A stretch of DNA of 64,000 nucleotides from the human T2T-CHM13v2.0 reference genome, Homo sapiens. The notes beneath the pieces were generated by a model. That model saw nothing but the letters and a program-made list of their open reading frames with translations, was not told the DNA's origin and searched no databases. The stretch lies in the NCBI RefSeq assembly GCF_009914755.1, contig NC_060925.1, one strand, 5' to 3'. Below are positions 36,970-53,525 of this stretch, one piece after another. Position 1 is the stretch's first letter; the number at the start of each line of letters is the position of its first letter. The position numbers and the translations under genes are program-made.

Positions 36970-38157
36970 TCAAACTTTGAACTAGCTGGGATTCCAAACT
37001 GGGAGAGGCTTCCAGAATGCAGTAATTCCCAACTCACACTACCTGTACTCTGTTCAAGTAATCCTGAAACCAGGAGGTAAGGGGACTTGACTCTATTCTG
37101 TCAAGGCTTTCATGTAGAGACCATGAGGAGACAGACAGGAGGGCACTGAACCAGGATGGATTCAGCTGGACCACACAGACCCCTTCAAAATACACCCACC
37201 TGGGCCTGGTAAAAATAAGAATCCGGCTGAAGACTGGTGGTCACAGGAAACAGTCCATCAGTTTCCTTATTTCTTCTGTACAAAAAGCTCTTTTGAGAAT
37301 GTGAATGGGGGCTTTATATAGTAAGTTCTCATCCACAGGCTAATAAATATGTGAAATGGCTTCTCAGACCAGGTTCCTGCAGCCTGGACACTGAGGTCAT
37401 TCAAGAAACAATTAGATGCCATCTGGAGAGGGCTGGGACTCGAAAGGAAATTGCCTTGAAGGGCCAAACAGCATGTTCTCATTCCCAGGGTCTGACACAT
37501 CCTTATCTTCATTCACATAAAGGATGGATGGAGCTCAGCCAGCAAATCCACACTGGGAGCATAGAAGGAGCCAAGGCTGCAGCAATTAATAAAAGCTTAA
37601 GGATCAGGAGAATGCGCACTTCCAGCCTGTCCCAAGTAAATGGATCCCTGCAACAAATTTCTCCCTCGACTACACTTGCATACTCAGGCAGAGCACCTTG
37701 CCATAACCCAGCCTTGGCCTCACCAAGCTTGGGGTTTTCAGAGTTTTAATATAAAGCAATGAGAGGAGAGTTACAATTGCTTCTGGCCTAGCACTTTATA
37801 GTATATGATGAGCAACCAGATCTTTACAGTATATCATGACTTGGTTATGTTACATAGAGTTAGCATTTCCAGAGGTGTCACAATCCACTCCACTGCAAGG
37901 AACAGGCCCACAATTGAGAACCCTTACTTCAAGGATTGACTCTCAATTTTTTCCTTACTTTTAAATGAAAATTTAATGTCTTTCCTACATTAAAAACAAG
38001 TCTCTTTAAATGTAAATGCAACTGTTGGGCAAGCTGAGCTTAAAAGTAAACTTTGCTAGAGAAATAAATATGGATTTAGATAAACAAGAGGGGATTATTT
38101 GTGTTTTAAGTGTTTTTGCAGCTTTTAGTCTCTTAAGTAGCAAAAGACCCTCTGGTA

Positions 38158-39569
38158 CAGTGGTGCTCAAAGTGTGTTCCACAGGCTGATCTGCAGGCTG
38201 GGGGGTCTTCTGGGGGTCTGAGAGGTCAAAACTTATTTTCATAATAATACAGAGACATTTTTTGCCTGTTTCACTGGGTTGACATTTATACTGGTGGTGC
38301 AAAAGCTATGATGGGTTAATTCCTGGTGCCTCAGCACAAAGCAAGGCAGAGGCACCAAACTCTACCAGGGGCCATTGCACTCTTGACTCCCATTGGCTCA
38401 AAGAATTGAAGAAAAATAGCCAGTTCCACCTAGAAGTCTTTGATGAAGCAGTGAGAATTACTCACTTTATTAAATATGGGCCCTCGAGTACATGTCTCTT
38501 TAGTATTCTATACAATGCAACAGGACATGCACAGAAAACAATTCTGCTGTGTTTCCAAGCACAGAGTTTGTGTGAAGGAAAAGCAACTGTGCAATTGAAT
38601 TGTGGGCTCAACTAGCTGCTTTTTCATAGAGCACAATTTTTACTTCAAAGAATGTCTGACAAACTTGGTTATTCAGACTCGGGTATTTATTTGGCAGCCA
38701 TTTTCTGAAAAACGAACAAAGTGAGCCTGTTACTTCAAGGAAAACAACAGACAGTGTTTGTTGCCAATGATAAAATTCCAGGTTTCAAGTGAAAATTAGA
38801 ATTTTGGAAAACTTGTATTCACCACATGAGTTTGACAGCTTTCCAATACTTTAATGATTTTTCTGATGAGATCGGTGGTCATATTAATGAATGTGAGTTC
38901 TGATATTACATAGTGAAATATGTAACATTTATAAGATCTGCATAACTCGTAAACCAATATTTTTCAAATGGCCAATGCATGATGATATAAATTCATGCAT
39001 GGGTAAAAGATCCATTCAAATTGCAAGAGAGATCCATTCAAATTGAATTTTAAGGAAATAAAACAAGTTCATTGACAGGATTTCAGAGTCCACATTGCAG
39101 TTAACTTTTAAGGAACTACAACTTGTTGAACTCTAGTATCAAAGACCAACAACTATAATGATCTGAAGAGGCTATTAAAATACTCCTCCCTTTCTGAACT
39201 GCATACCTGTGCAGGGCCACATTATTTGAGACTTCAACCAAAGTAACACAAAACAACAGAGTGAACACCGAAGCAAATATAAGAATCAAGTTGTGTTCTA
39301 TCAGACACTAAAGAGATGTGCAAATATGTAAAACAATGTCATTCTTACCACAAATGTACATTCACTGGTATATAATGGGTTTATTCTTATTTTTAAATGA
39401 ATTACATGAAATGCTCATCAAGTAAAAATAAGTTAAATAAACATTTTAAAATATTCCATTTTAATTTCTAACATGATGAGTATCAATAGCTAGAAGTCAC
39501 ATAACAAAAACTTTTTAGGGTCCTCAATAATTTAAAAAGTCTTGAGACAAATGAATTTAAGAACTTCTG
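38158..39569 (+). mobile_element. Charlie1a-like hAT DNA transposon (internally deleted, with transposase remnants)
   Basis: TIRs cagtggtgctcaaa ... tttaagaacttctg; 8-bp TSD ctctggta / ctctaata. ORF 38406..38615 (VFDEAVRITHFIK..P.ST.LF) resembles hAT/Charlie transposase. Confidence 0.88.
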
Positions 39570-39849
39570 CTCTAATATTTAAGTTACTTGCTTTACATAA
39601 TTTTGATTGAGCCATAAGTTTTCAGTATCTTACCTATGGAGTAGACTAAGGGATATAATTACAGGGGTGTTTTTATTTTTATAAGTAACTATCATAAAAA
39701 CACTATTAGAAAAAAATTAGAAACTGAGAAAAATGTAAGAAACGACAAATAAAAAAAACTTTCGGTTGCCAAGAAGTTTTATTTTGACCCATTATGTGAC
39801 ACTGAATCATTCTACTCCTAGATTTTTATCTTCTGAAAATTCTTACACT

Positions 39850-40630
39850 AACGCACACCAAGCCACCTCCACTGACAACAGCACCATCCTACCAGTGTCA
39901 AGCATGGCTCCTCTCTTCTCCCACCTCATGTCCAATCCATCAGGAAGTGCTGATGGCTCTGCCTTCACGTTACATTCCTAGAACCCCCTTATTTACCACC
40001 TCCCCTGCTCTCACAGGTCCAAACTACCATCATCTCTCATCTGGACAATCACAGTAGCCTCCTCACTGGTCTCCCTGCTTCTGCCCCTGTCCCCTGCAGT
40101 CTAGCAGCAACACAGAAGCCAAAGTGAACCTGAGATGCCTCCCATCTCATTCCAGAAAAAATTGAAGTCTTTACTCTGACACACAATCCCTCGCACATCA
40201 CCTTCTGCCACTCTAACACCAGCTGCTTTCACCAGCTCCAGCCTCTGGCCTCCTCGTTCCTCCATGGAAGAGGCGGACCCTGGCTTCAAAGCCTTGCCCT
40301 TCTTCTTCCCCTTAGACATTACAGTTGACTTGTATTTCCACTCAAAAGTCACCTTCTTGGTGAGGCCCTTCCCTGGTCACCCTATCTAAAATTTAATGTC
40401 CCCTTACTCCAACTTTCATAGCTGCTTTCCCTGATGCATCTTTTCTGCTAAGCACTCATCGTCAGCTAACAGGATTGACTTGACTGTCTTTCTTATTGTC
40501 TTTCCAGTCCTCCACCCCCAGAGTAAAAGCTCCACAGGGGCAGGGATATTGTTTTGTTCACTGCTGTATCCTCAGCCCCTGGAACAGTGACCAGCACAGG
40601 GAAGAGACTCAACAAATACTTACTAAATGA
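39850..40630 (+). mobile_element. L2 LINE 3' portion
   Basis: cagtagcctcctcactggtctccctgcttctgcc ... ttgttcactgctgtatcctcagcccctggaacagtg ... ctcaacaaatacttactaaatga. Confidence 0.85.
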
Positions 40631-41789
40631 CTATGTACTAACCACAAAATTGTTTCTAACAGAACATTAGCAAAACCCAAATGTCAGTAGGCAACTAGTT
40701 AACTATAACTGTATTTCATACAATGGAATACTGGGTACCCATTCGAAAGAAGGAGGGAGGCCCATACGTTTAATATGGAATGATGTCCAATGAAAAAAGC
40801 AAGTTGCAAAGTTATATGTAGTTAGACAGTTTGGCAATAAATAAAATTCCTCCCAAACTCATTTCTTAACGTGATCTTCTTCTCGGAATCTCTTTTCCCA
40901 TTCAAGCAACATGGAGCACCTACTGCTTCTCCCAAGGCTCCTCCCACTGTTCTCTCCTGCTCCAGTCAGCCTGGGCACACGCTGTCTCCCAGGCATGGAG
41001 TCTTCTGCCTTACCCAATACCAGCATCCTTCCTGCCAAGCCGAGATGTTTTTTCAGATACCAAATCACAATTCAAATACAAGTTGTTCCCAGGAAACTTC
41101 TTGGTTACCGGAGGTAACACTTTGGGCCAAATGCAAACCTCCTATCTCAAAATCTACATACAGTATCATAGCATTTTAGAGCTCTTCATTCAAGAACATT
41201 GACAATTAATTCTAATAATAAAATTCCTTGACAATTTAAATCTGCATTTTCATGTATTGTAAACACAGCTCTTCTTTCTGAAGTTGAATACAAGTCCTGA
41301 CATGCTATTACATTTAATATTAAAAGCTCTTAGAATATTTAGAAACCGAATTGTAGCCAAATGCTGAACTGTTGTGACACTGATGAGCACTAGAGGGCAG
41401 AGCTTAACAGCAAATGATTCTAAAGCTAGCAATCCAGGCCTCTCGTTTTGGTGTTGAAGTTACTGACTCCCTATAGTTAACAAGATCTCCCAAAGAGTAG
41501 ATAGGTCTAAGTCATAGAAGTTGCCAGAACTACACTTTTAAAAACAGTGTATATCTCTGCCCAAATATGTGAGTATTTAAGGTGACAACAGCAACCCCAC
41601 AGTTTTTATCCTGTACCAGGTGGGCAAGAGAAGGTAGACTGAGGTTAGGTGCGGGAACCTCTTTGCTGTTTTGCAATAAAAACACCGAAGGATTTCTGGA
41701 AAAATTTTAGAGACATCAGCATTACCTGCTTTGCAAAATATAAAATTTTTAGAACAACCTCATTCCCCCTTCCCTAAATTTAAGTGCCC

Positions 41790-41965
41790 AGTGTGTGTAC
41801 ATTTTAAAATAACTGAAGAGTACAATTGGATTGTTTGTAACTCAAAGGATAAATGGTGATGGATGCCCCATTTACCCTGATGTGATTATTACACATTGTA
41901 TGCCTGTATCAAAATATCTCATATACACCTACTCTGTACTCACAAAAATTAAAAATTAAAATAAA
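41790..41965 (+). mobile_element. L1MA-like 3' end fragment
   Basis: ttggattgtttgtaactcaaaggataaatg...ccccatttaccctgatgtgattattacacattgtatgcctgtatcaaaatatctcat, followed by an A-rich tail. Confidence 0.85.
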
Positions 41966-42074
41966 CGCCCTTGTGCATCTGGTGTGGGTGCTCACTCACT
42001 AAACAAAAGAAGGGTCTTTGTCCTCAGGACTCACATGCTAGTGAGAAGTCTTATTTTTAAAAGTAAACAAATAA

Positions 42075-42388
42075 GGCCGGGTGTGGTGGCTCAAACCTGT
42101 AATCTCAGCACTTTGGGAGGCCAAGGCAGGCGAATCACTTGAGCTCACAAGTTTGAGACCAGCCTGGCCAACATGATGGTGAAACCAGGTCTCTAAAAAA
42201 AAAAAAAAATACAAAAATCAGCCAGGTGTGATGGTGCATGCCTGTAGACCCAGCTACTCATGAGGCTGAAGTGGGAGGATGGCTTGAGCCTGGGAGGCAG
42301 AAATTACAGTGAGCTGAGATTGCGCCACTGCACTCCAGCCTGGGTGACAAAGCCAGACCTTGTTTCAAAAAAAATAAAATAAATAAAA
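42075..42388 (+). mobile_element. Alu (AluJ-like)
   Basis: Full Alu with (TAAAA)n tail. Confidence 0.93.
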
Positions 42389-42693
42389 TTTGGGACAAAT
42401 GAGGATAATATACAGAGTAATGAGATAGTGACTTGGGGACTGCTTTTAGTACGGATGTCAGGGAAGGCTGTTCTGAGGCAGTGAAATGTGTCAAATGAAC
42501 CAGCCATATAGCTGGTATTTACTGAGTGCTAAGTACATGTGGGGCACTGTGCTAAGAACTAAGAACTTCACATGTATTCACTGTTTAATCCCCGATCTTC
42601 CCATTTACTGTTAAGGAAATTGAGCTCCAGAGAACTTCAGTAACTTGCCCAAGGTCATACAACCAAGAAACGGCTAAAACCGGGCTCTGGATT

Positions 42694-43142
42694 TGTATTA
42701 GTTTCCAGGACTGCCAAGACCAATTACCACAAACTTGGCTACTTTAAAATAGAAATGTTTCTATTGTCTCACAGCTCTGGAGGCTAAAAATCCTATATAA
42801 AGTATCCGGAGGGCCACAATGGCTCCAAAGGTTGCAGGGAGGAGCCTGCCTTGCCTCTTCCTCACCTCTGGTGGTTGCTAGCACTCCTCGGCTTGCAGAC
42901 TCATCCCCCAGTCTCTATCTGTCCTCACATGGCCTTCTCCCTCTACACCTGTGTCTGGTCCAAATCTTCTTCTTATAAGGACACCAGTCAGTGGATTAGG
43001 GCCCATCCTTGTCAAATATGACCTCATCTTAATTTGATTATATCTGCAATGACCCTATTTCCCAATAAGGTCACCATTCACAGTTACTGGGGGTTAAGAC
43101 TTCAACATATCGCTTTTGGGGGACACAATTCAACCCACAGCA
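42694..43142 (-). mobile_element. MaLR LTR (MLT1B/C-like), solo
   Basis: tgtattagtttcc...cttcttataaggacaccagtc...ggacacaattcaacccacagca. Confidence 0.85.
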
Positions 43143-44061
43143 GTGTCCTAGCACTCACTCCAAACCTCTCAGCTATTCTGCCTCAGAACCTTCCAGGCCA
43201 ATGGGAAGGCAAAGCCCCAGAGACACTAGGGAAAGCCAGGGTGGCAGAGGACAGTGACTATTGGGGTGGCAGGAGATGAGGTTAGAGGTGGACAGGCCAC
43301 ACCAGATTCGAAGTCCAATATGGAGCTGAGTCCCGTCAGAAGCCACAGTTTCAATTCTTGCCTGCCTGTTAGTTTTTGAGTCTCTCAGTCATCCCTACAG
43401 TTCGGGATCTCAGAAGAATCCTTCCTCGAGTTAGGGAGGATGGTGCCTCAGCTTCAAGGCTGATGCCTGCAGCACAGAATACAAATTCACACAGAATGTA
43501 AATCTGGTCTTATTCCTCTCACTGGCCAGACCATGTTCCTTTCAGCACCTCCAGAGGGCAGCTCCAGGGTTTGACCTTATCTCAAACCATCAAGTTCAGG
43601 AGGCCCAGTGAGAAGTCCCTTCTCTCTGACTTGTGGCACAAGAAAACCCATCTCAGGCTGCATGGACAAAGCAGTGTCTGGCCTGAGGAGTTATCCACGC
43701 AAGCCCCAGGCAGGAGCAGTCAGGGTTCAAGTACCCATGCTGCCCCCACACACCTGTTCATCCATCTGGGCTAAAGATGCCAGAACCGACCAGGGCAGCA
43801 GAGAGATGCTGCTCAGAGCTGACAGGTACACCTCATAAGATGCAGAGATGCGTCCAAATCCTGCACAGTGTGACAAAAGCACTATCCTTGTGATTGTGCA
43901 AGATCATAAAATTTGCCCAAGGACTCACTTTTGTTGAAAGCCTGTTATGCATTATTGGGAAGGCAAAACAGAAACAGCAAAGGTGCAAACAGCCTAGAGC
44001 AAGGGTCAGAAAACTCTGTAAAAGGTTCTGTTAGGCTTTTGAGGCCATAGTGTCACAACTA

Positions 44062-44351
44062 CAGAGGCCCTAACTTAACAATGGTTCCACTGATTTTCAA
44101 CTTTACGACGGTGCTGAAGTGATATATATTCAGTAGAAACTGTACTTCAAATTTTGAAATGTGATCTTTTCTGGCCTAGCAACATGCACTATGATACTCT
44201 TAGGTGATGCTGGGGTAAACTATAATATTCAGTAGGCTAAGCTATAATATTCTCTAGATTAGGTGTATTAAATGCATTTTCAACTTATGATATTTTCAAT
44301 TGATGATGGGTTTATTGGGATGTAGCCCCATCGTAAGTGGAGTAGAATCTG
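44062..44351 (-). mobile_element. Tigger3/MER47-like Tc1-mariner element nested in MER58
   Basis: Flanked by a TA duplication (44060-44061, 44352-44353). Minus strand reads cag..ctccacttacgatggggctacatcccaataaacccatc...gaaaatgcatttaatacacctaa. Confidence 0.85.
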
Positions 44352-44500
44352 TACTCAATCCCACCATTATAGGAAAAGCAGCCACAGACAATACATAAAT
44401 GAATGGGCATTGCTGTGTTCCAATAAAACTATGGATGCACATAAAAACTGGAACTTTATGTAATTTTGCCACTCTTCTTTTGATTTTTAAGAAGCCATTT

Positions 44501-44786
<286 letters not shown>

Positions 44787-45343
44787 TTAGCTTAGTGGTC
44801 ATATAAAAATAGGTGGTGGGCTAGATTTGGTCTTAGGCTATAGTTTGCTGACCCCTTGGTCTAAAGATATCCACAAATGCTCGAAGATTAACGTCACTGT
44901 GGTAACAAGGTTTCCAAATGGACATCTCCTTTCCTCCCTATTTACTGGCTTCTGGCACAATGCTAGGTACTGGTGTGGTCCCAGGAACTGCCCCTAGCTT
45001 CTCTCCCTCACCTGCACCATTTACATCCTGTTAGAATCTCTCAGCTTCCCTAATAACTGGGTCTTAATTCTATCTCTAAAAGCCCTTCACCATGTGGCCT
45101 AACTTTCCATTCCCACTGCGACTATCTCAGGTTAGGCTCCTGGTAACACTTTCTTCCCACCTGGTCTGACCTGACTGAACAATTACAAACACATGGTATA
45201 TACTAAAAAATATCTGTTGAATGAGCCACTGCAGTCAAAAATCTTCAAGCTCGGCACTTTTTCCATCTCATCAAGGGTCTGGCCTCCCTGGTGTGGCCCA
45301 TCTCAAAATGGAAAATTTCTCCTACTGAGGTGGCAGCACTTAA

Positions 45344-45657
<314 letters not shown>

Positions 45658-45976
45658 TAGCTTGCTTTTTAAGGTCAGGCTTATTGGGTATAATTTGCAT
45701 TCAGCAAAAGTCACCCTTTTCAGTACAATTCCATGAGCACTGACAGCCAACCCCAGTTGGGTAACTACCACTACAATCACGATATTTCTATTTCTATCAT
45801 CCCTGGAAGCTCCTTGGTGTACTTCATCTCTTCTCCAACCTCTTTTCAACCATTTATTTGTTTTCTGTCACTATAAGTTTTGCCTTTTCCAGAATATCAT
45901 ACAAATGTAATTTTAGAGTACGTAGCCTTTGAGACTGTCTACTTTCACTCAACGTAATGTATTCAAGATTCACCCA

Positions 45977-46648
<672 letters not shown>

Positions 46649-46684
46649 ATGTGTGTTTCTGCGTATATCAACAGTCCACTCCTA

Positions 46685-46973
46685 GGCTGGAAGCAGTGGC
46701 TCACACATGTAATCCCAGCACTTTGGGAGGCCAAGGCAGGAGGAAGGCCAGAGTTCGAGACCAGCCCAAGCACACAGGGAGACCCCATCTCTACAAAAAA
46801 TAAACAAGTTAGCTGGGTGTGGTAGTGAGTGCCTGGAGTCCTAGCTACTCAGTGAGGTGGGAGGATCACCCGAGACCAGAAGTTTGAGGTTACAGTGAGC
46901 TATGATTGCACCACTGAACTCCAGCCTGGGCAACAGAATGAGACCCTGTTTCTTAAAAAAATAAGTAAATAAA
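46685..46973 (+). mobile_element. Alu (AluJ-like)
   Basis: Diverged full Alu; TSD-like agtcca(c/t)tcct. Confidence 0.9.
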
Positions 46974-48435
46974 AGTCCATTCCTCTTTAAGGTTAAATAA
47001 TATGCCATTATATGGGTGTACTACTTTTTTCCAGTTGAAGGACTTTGGGGTTGTCTCCAGTTTTTGTTTTTGTCAATTACGAATAATGTCACTATAAACA
47101 TGCATATAGACTTTTATACGGACATGTGTTTTCATAAGGTTTTACTCTTTATAAATGGCCACATTTTCATAGACCTGAAGGATAAGATTCCACTGAATGA
47201 GGGAGACTGTCATCCATACCTAGGATGTGGGAACATCCTACCTCAGCATTTTTAATAACTGTAGTAACACCGAACCTCCCAAGAATATTTGCAGAGAATG
47301 TTTTTGGGGTGGAGTGGAAGAAGTTGGATGGGAGCTCCCTTTCGTCCCTCTGCATGTGGGCCCCAGAGCGGGCCAGGGCTGTTTTACATTCACTGCTGGC
47401 GGTGTTTGATCTCTGGTCCCACAGGGGATGGCGCTGGCTCTGCCAATGTGCACACTCAGGCAAAAACCTGCAGAGCCAGCCAATCGGCCCATTATTTGGT
47501 TCATATAACTTGTTAAAATCTCATGGAATGTACAGCGTGCCATTGTTTTTGTAAGTCCCTTTCATGGCTTTGTGAGCTGGCTAATTCAGAGCAGACTGGC
47601 CTGCTTTCCTGCTGGAAGAAAAGGCTTCTCTCAAAGACAGCTATTTAATTGTGACCATGGCTGCAGCCATCTTGAGCACAAAAAGGGAGCTGAAGTCACA
47701 TCACCCCTTCTCCACTGAGGTCTCCGGCAGCCAGGGCACTTATTCTTGGCATTGGAATTTGCATAATTACTCCTTTTTAAATATGCTGGGTGACCTAATA
47801 TATCCCCAGCCGGCTGCAGGAAATGGCCTTGCTGAGATCTGAGCCTTGGATGGCCTGTAACGTCTATAGACCTAGAAGACCCTTGGGGAAGGAGAATTTT
47901 CAGAGCATTGACCCCAGAAAGGACAGCTTCCTGAGTTTCTCTGGGGTCATCTGCACTGTGAAGGGAGAAGCTGCAGGGCTCTGTCCCCACTCAGGATAAC
48001 AGCTGCAGCCTTGTCCTTTCTTCTCCTAACCTGCGCAACAAGCTCAGAGACTGTAGGTCATTCTATTACAGCTCACAGTGGGTCTAACAAGAACCCACCA
48101 AGGCTGACTACAAAAGAAAGAGGACATGCGTTCACTAGGAATCTAGCCAGGAACAAAAGGTTGCATTCCGTCCTGACACTTCCTCACTGCGGTAGCCTGG
48201 AGAGCAGGCCTTTGTCCACAGGCGGGCAAGCGTGCTGTTTACAGCCTGGCCACAAAAAAACACTTGCCTATTCATGGCTAATTTGAAAAAAAAAAACAAA
48301 AAAAACAGGCATTCCAATATTTTTTTCTACTTCACCATATTTTCTAATGTAACTTTTTTGAGGACAATTTATTTTAAAATGGAAAATGTATAATAAACAC
48401 TTCTTCTAAAAGAAAAATCACCCAGCCCTGCCCTA

Positions 48436-48848
<413 letters not shown>

Positions 48849-48907
48849 CAGCACTAGTCTTGAGGCTAAAAGGAATATAGGTATAAAGGGGAAGGAGAAA
48901 ATGTAAA

Positions 48908-49185
48908 ATTTTTTTTTTTTTGAGACGAGTCTTGCTCTGTTGCCCAGGCTGGAGTGCAATGGCCCAATCTCGGCTCACTGCAACCTCCGCCCCCCAGGTT
49001 CAAGCGATTCTCCTGCTCCAGCCTCCTGAGGTGCCTGCCACCATGCCCAGCTAATTTTTGTATTTTTAGTAGAGTCGGGGCTTCACCATGTTGGTCAGGC
49101 TGGTCTCGAACTCCTGACCTCAGGCGATCCACCCACCTCGGGCTCCCAAAGTGCTGGGATTACAGACATGAGCCATCGCACCCAG
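48908..49185 (-). mobile_element. Alu (AluS-like)
   Basis: Reverse Alu starting with a T run. Confidence 0.93.
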
Positions 49186-49699
49186 AGGAGATAATATACA
49201 TTTATATTTAGTGCTGGTTGTGGGGGCAACTTCTGAAGCTTAAAGATGCAGTTCCAGGGGAAAATAAAAGGAAGAGAGTGATAAAGAGTGGAAGTGAGCC
49301 TAGGCTTCATAGGTTGAAAGGGGGTTACAGAAGTGAACCATAATGGATCACAGAGCAATGCAGGAGTGCTGGGGTAACTTCCACTCTTCTGGGAACATGG
49401 TGGTGGCAGTTATGATCCATCATGACCTTGGTCTTCATATCCAAGATACAACATGAAATGGTATCCTGTTCCAATCAATACGGCAATCTTAGGATCAACA
49501 GGGATATCGCACAATTAAGAACTCCTTACCACTGGCTACAAGATTTTCCTCTCCAGCCTATTCTAGGCATGGAGAATCCTATAAACGTAAGCTAGAAGGA
49601 ACAATAGCCCACTCCAAGGTTTCTATCGTGGGGACAATGGAACCCACAGAGAGCAGGTGGCAAATCCAGGGTCACATTGCTAATTAGAACAAAAGTGTG

Positions 49700-50034
<335 letters not shown>

Positions 50035-51208
50035 TCAGGGGATGTGAATCTCTGTTGGACAGCTATCTGGGAAGGGGAACACATGGAGCTGTTATCATTT
50101 ATTAACATTTTAGCACTACTATTTTATCAAATTTTCTAAGCAACTACTTGATAGTGATCTAAGAAACTGGACACAGTGTAATTGTGTTTTAACGAAGTAA
50201 AAATCTGGGCAAGTGCAATGGGGCAGTGAGTAGGTTGAGCAGTATAGAGATAAAATTCTACTTCATAATTTTGCCTAGGGTTATTGGCTCTAAAAGATAT
50301 TTCCTCCTATTAAAAAAAAATGTTTGGTTTTATCTAGGGTAAGGTATGCTAGGTACGCAGAGGAAAATTCCAGAGCTGTACGCCAGGAACCGAAGTCACT
50401 AGCTACATGGTAAACAGCAGGAGGAAGGTGGAGCCACTCTGGAGGGTTCAGCTTTCCAACCTGGAAGAAATCTTTCCTTTCAATGCAGGGAAACAGAATC
50501 AATTACGTTTGACCACAGAAAAGGACCTCATGATTAGACAAAAGTTAAAACCAAACTATCAAGATGATCATGTTCTGAGCTACTGTGGGGGGAAAAAATT
50601 GTGAGGAGAGAAGGTTAGGAAAAATGTGAAAAAAAACAAAATTCTCTCCTGTAAGTGCCAGAATTAAAGAGACGGAAACAGTGAGGAATGAGATTCCCCA
50701 AATCCCTGGACTACTTTGGATCTGCAATTTATTTTCCTCTCACATCCAAATATCAAATTGAGCCTTTGGGGTCTTGGTGCTGTCAGGAGTCCCAGCAGGA
50801 GGCCAGCCTGCTGGACAAGGTAAAAGAGCTGCCCAACAGCCCTGGGGCTTCCCAGCCATGCATATTTTCCTCCATTCCACTTGGGATGAACGACCGGTAG
50901 CTAAGCAACCGAGAAACCGGTCCCCTTTCACCTGGCATGAATGTACTGCAACACAAACGGTGCACGGTGCTAGGAGGACACACATACAAACTGCCAGAGC
51001 TGAATGTTGGATTCTTCCTCCACCCAGCTCTCTCCTGCCATGACACTGCAGTCCCCTCGCCCCACGAGCTATGAGGGTCAGCCTCAGAACCTTGTCTCTC
51101 CCAGACCCAAGGAGGCAGGAGGCAGTCCCAGACCTCTCTCTTCTATCTGGGCACTGAAAAAACCAAGGGAAGATGGTTGGAAAGTCTCCGATGGGGAGGG
51201 GAGCAGCA

Positions 51209-51522
<314 letters not shown>

Positions 51523-53525
51523 TAAAGACACAGGGAGGGAGGGAGACCTGGGGCTGGAGCTCCTGCCAGTATTTGGACTGCTGTCTGTTGGCCACAACTG
51601 GGTGCTTCCCCTGCCTGGATGAGACTCAGGATAGGATAAGACTCCCCCTATTCTGGAGTCAAAATGGATCCTAAAATTTGGCTTCTTGATGCTTGTTTTT
51701 TTCGGCCAATGAATCTGAACCTACTGGAAGGGGCCTTTATGACACAACATAATTCACATAGAACTACTTTTCTCCAAGCTCAAGAGGCATTAAGTGCACA
51801 AGCGGATTGTAGATAAGAAGTTAAGGGGGTCAAACTGCACCTCAGTTTAGCTGCAACTCTCTCACCTCCCTTGATTTATCTCCAGCCATGAGGCACCAGC
51901 TGGCATCAACTTATGAGGCCTTCCTGGCACTGGTCAGCCCGGCTCCACAGGGCAACTAAGTGTGAGAAGTGCTACAACAGACCCAACCCAAGAAGATGGG
52001 TCCCTGGGTCCCCTTGGACCTTTACGTCAGAGACCTCTATGAATGTGCTTTCAGAGCCTTAGTGTCCATAGAGGCAAATGAAAATACATACCCTACATTG
52101 GCTCAACACATTCCCAAACCATCCCTCTAAACCAAGGGTGAAGTGAGAAAGAAAAAAAAAAGTGGTGCATTCAGGAAGGATACAGACACATGATTTATAA
52201 GGCTCTGACTAGATTCAGATCAAGTTAGGAGGAAAGGGTACCCTTCGGAATACCTCAACAAGTTCTTGAAAAGGAGAACCCTCTGAACCTCAAAGAGCAG
52301 TTCCATCACATCTCACTGTCAGGAGAAGGCAAAGAGAGCCCAGATAAACAGAAGCCACTGACAACTCCAATATCTCTTCTTTGTCAATACCACTCAACTC
52401 ACAATGATTGATATTCATAAATGAGATGCAATAGCTTGCATAATACCTAAACAGGCCATTCCAAAATCCTCTATATTTAGCTTGAGAATGCACTACCAAA
52501 TTATCTTAAAAGGGTTTAGACTTTTGTAAAAGAAAAAACTGGTATTGGAGTAAGAAGAAGGCAGTACACTTGCTGAGCACAGCCAGACTGGCCCGTGGTA
52601 GGAGATAGCCAATTTCTGAAACAAGGCATGGAGTGATTTTTAAAGAGCTGTTGTTACACACTGCAGAATTCTAGAGTGCATTTTTTGTTAAGTCATATCA
52701 CAGTCTATGCAAATAGCATCCTCTAATACTTTGCAATGCACAACCTGCACAAAACATGTGATGCATCCGGGAGGGACACAGATACATATTTATAAAGCTC
52801 TGGCCAGATTCTGGTGTGGTAGCCCTGCAGGTTTAGGATTATACATTTTCTCCCATGAAAACACAGCTCAGTTGTCATTCAGGTATAAGAGATGGGAAAA
52901 AAGAATATCCACCTCCATTCCAACAAACCTCACTACGACCGCCCCAAGTGGCCAAGTGGTTCTACTGGAGCTTCCTCCTCTTCCGTCCATCCTCTGGTCT
53001 TTTAAAGAGGGAGGAAATGGCAGAACTCTGGGGGAAGGCATGGGTACACACAAAAGCGACATGCCTACATACTCTGAAACTAGGATGCTGCTGCCTTTGG
53101 GATAGCGAAGGTGGAATGAGACTCCTGATTCTAAACTCTAACTCTTGCTACGATTTCTCCCAAAAAATAAGTATGTTGTCATAAATCCAAGAAACCAAAT
53201 GTGAGAATCAGACTTCTTTCTTCTGTAGGAGGTGACAGAATACAGTTTCAAAAATAAAAGAAAATAAAGCAAACAGCAACACTGGAAAATGCGGAGGCAG
53301 AGGGAAGAAGTGAAAAGCATCTTTTCTTCCTGCTCCGAAGAAATACATTATTTAGAAGGGTTGAATACTTAGAAGCATTGACCGCCAGTCCGGCTGGAAA
53401 GTAACTAAGTACCTAATATTACTACTTGGCCCCAGATTAGCCCTGAACAAGAGGGTGGCTGTTGGAATGGAAAAGATGACTCATAAAATCTCAGGGAGCC
53501 TTCGGTCCTCCACTGAAGGTAAATA

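Noticed and set aside
50932-50985. MCVLLAPCTVCVAVHSCQ followed by CAG|gtgaaa (phase 0, minus strand)
   Set aside because: Poor Kozak context (T at -3) and a modest donor. The local CpGs fit an enhancer equally well.
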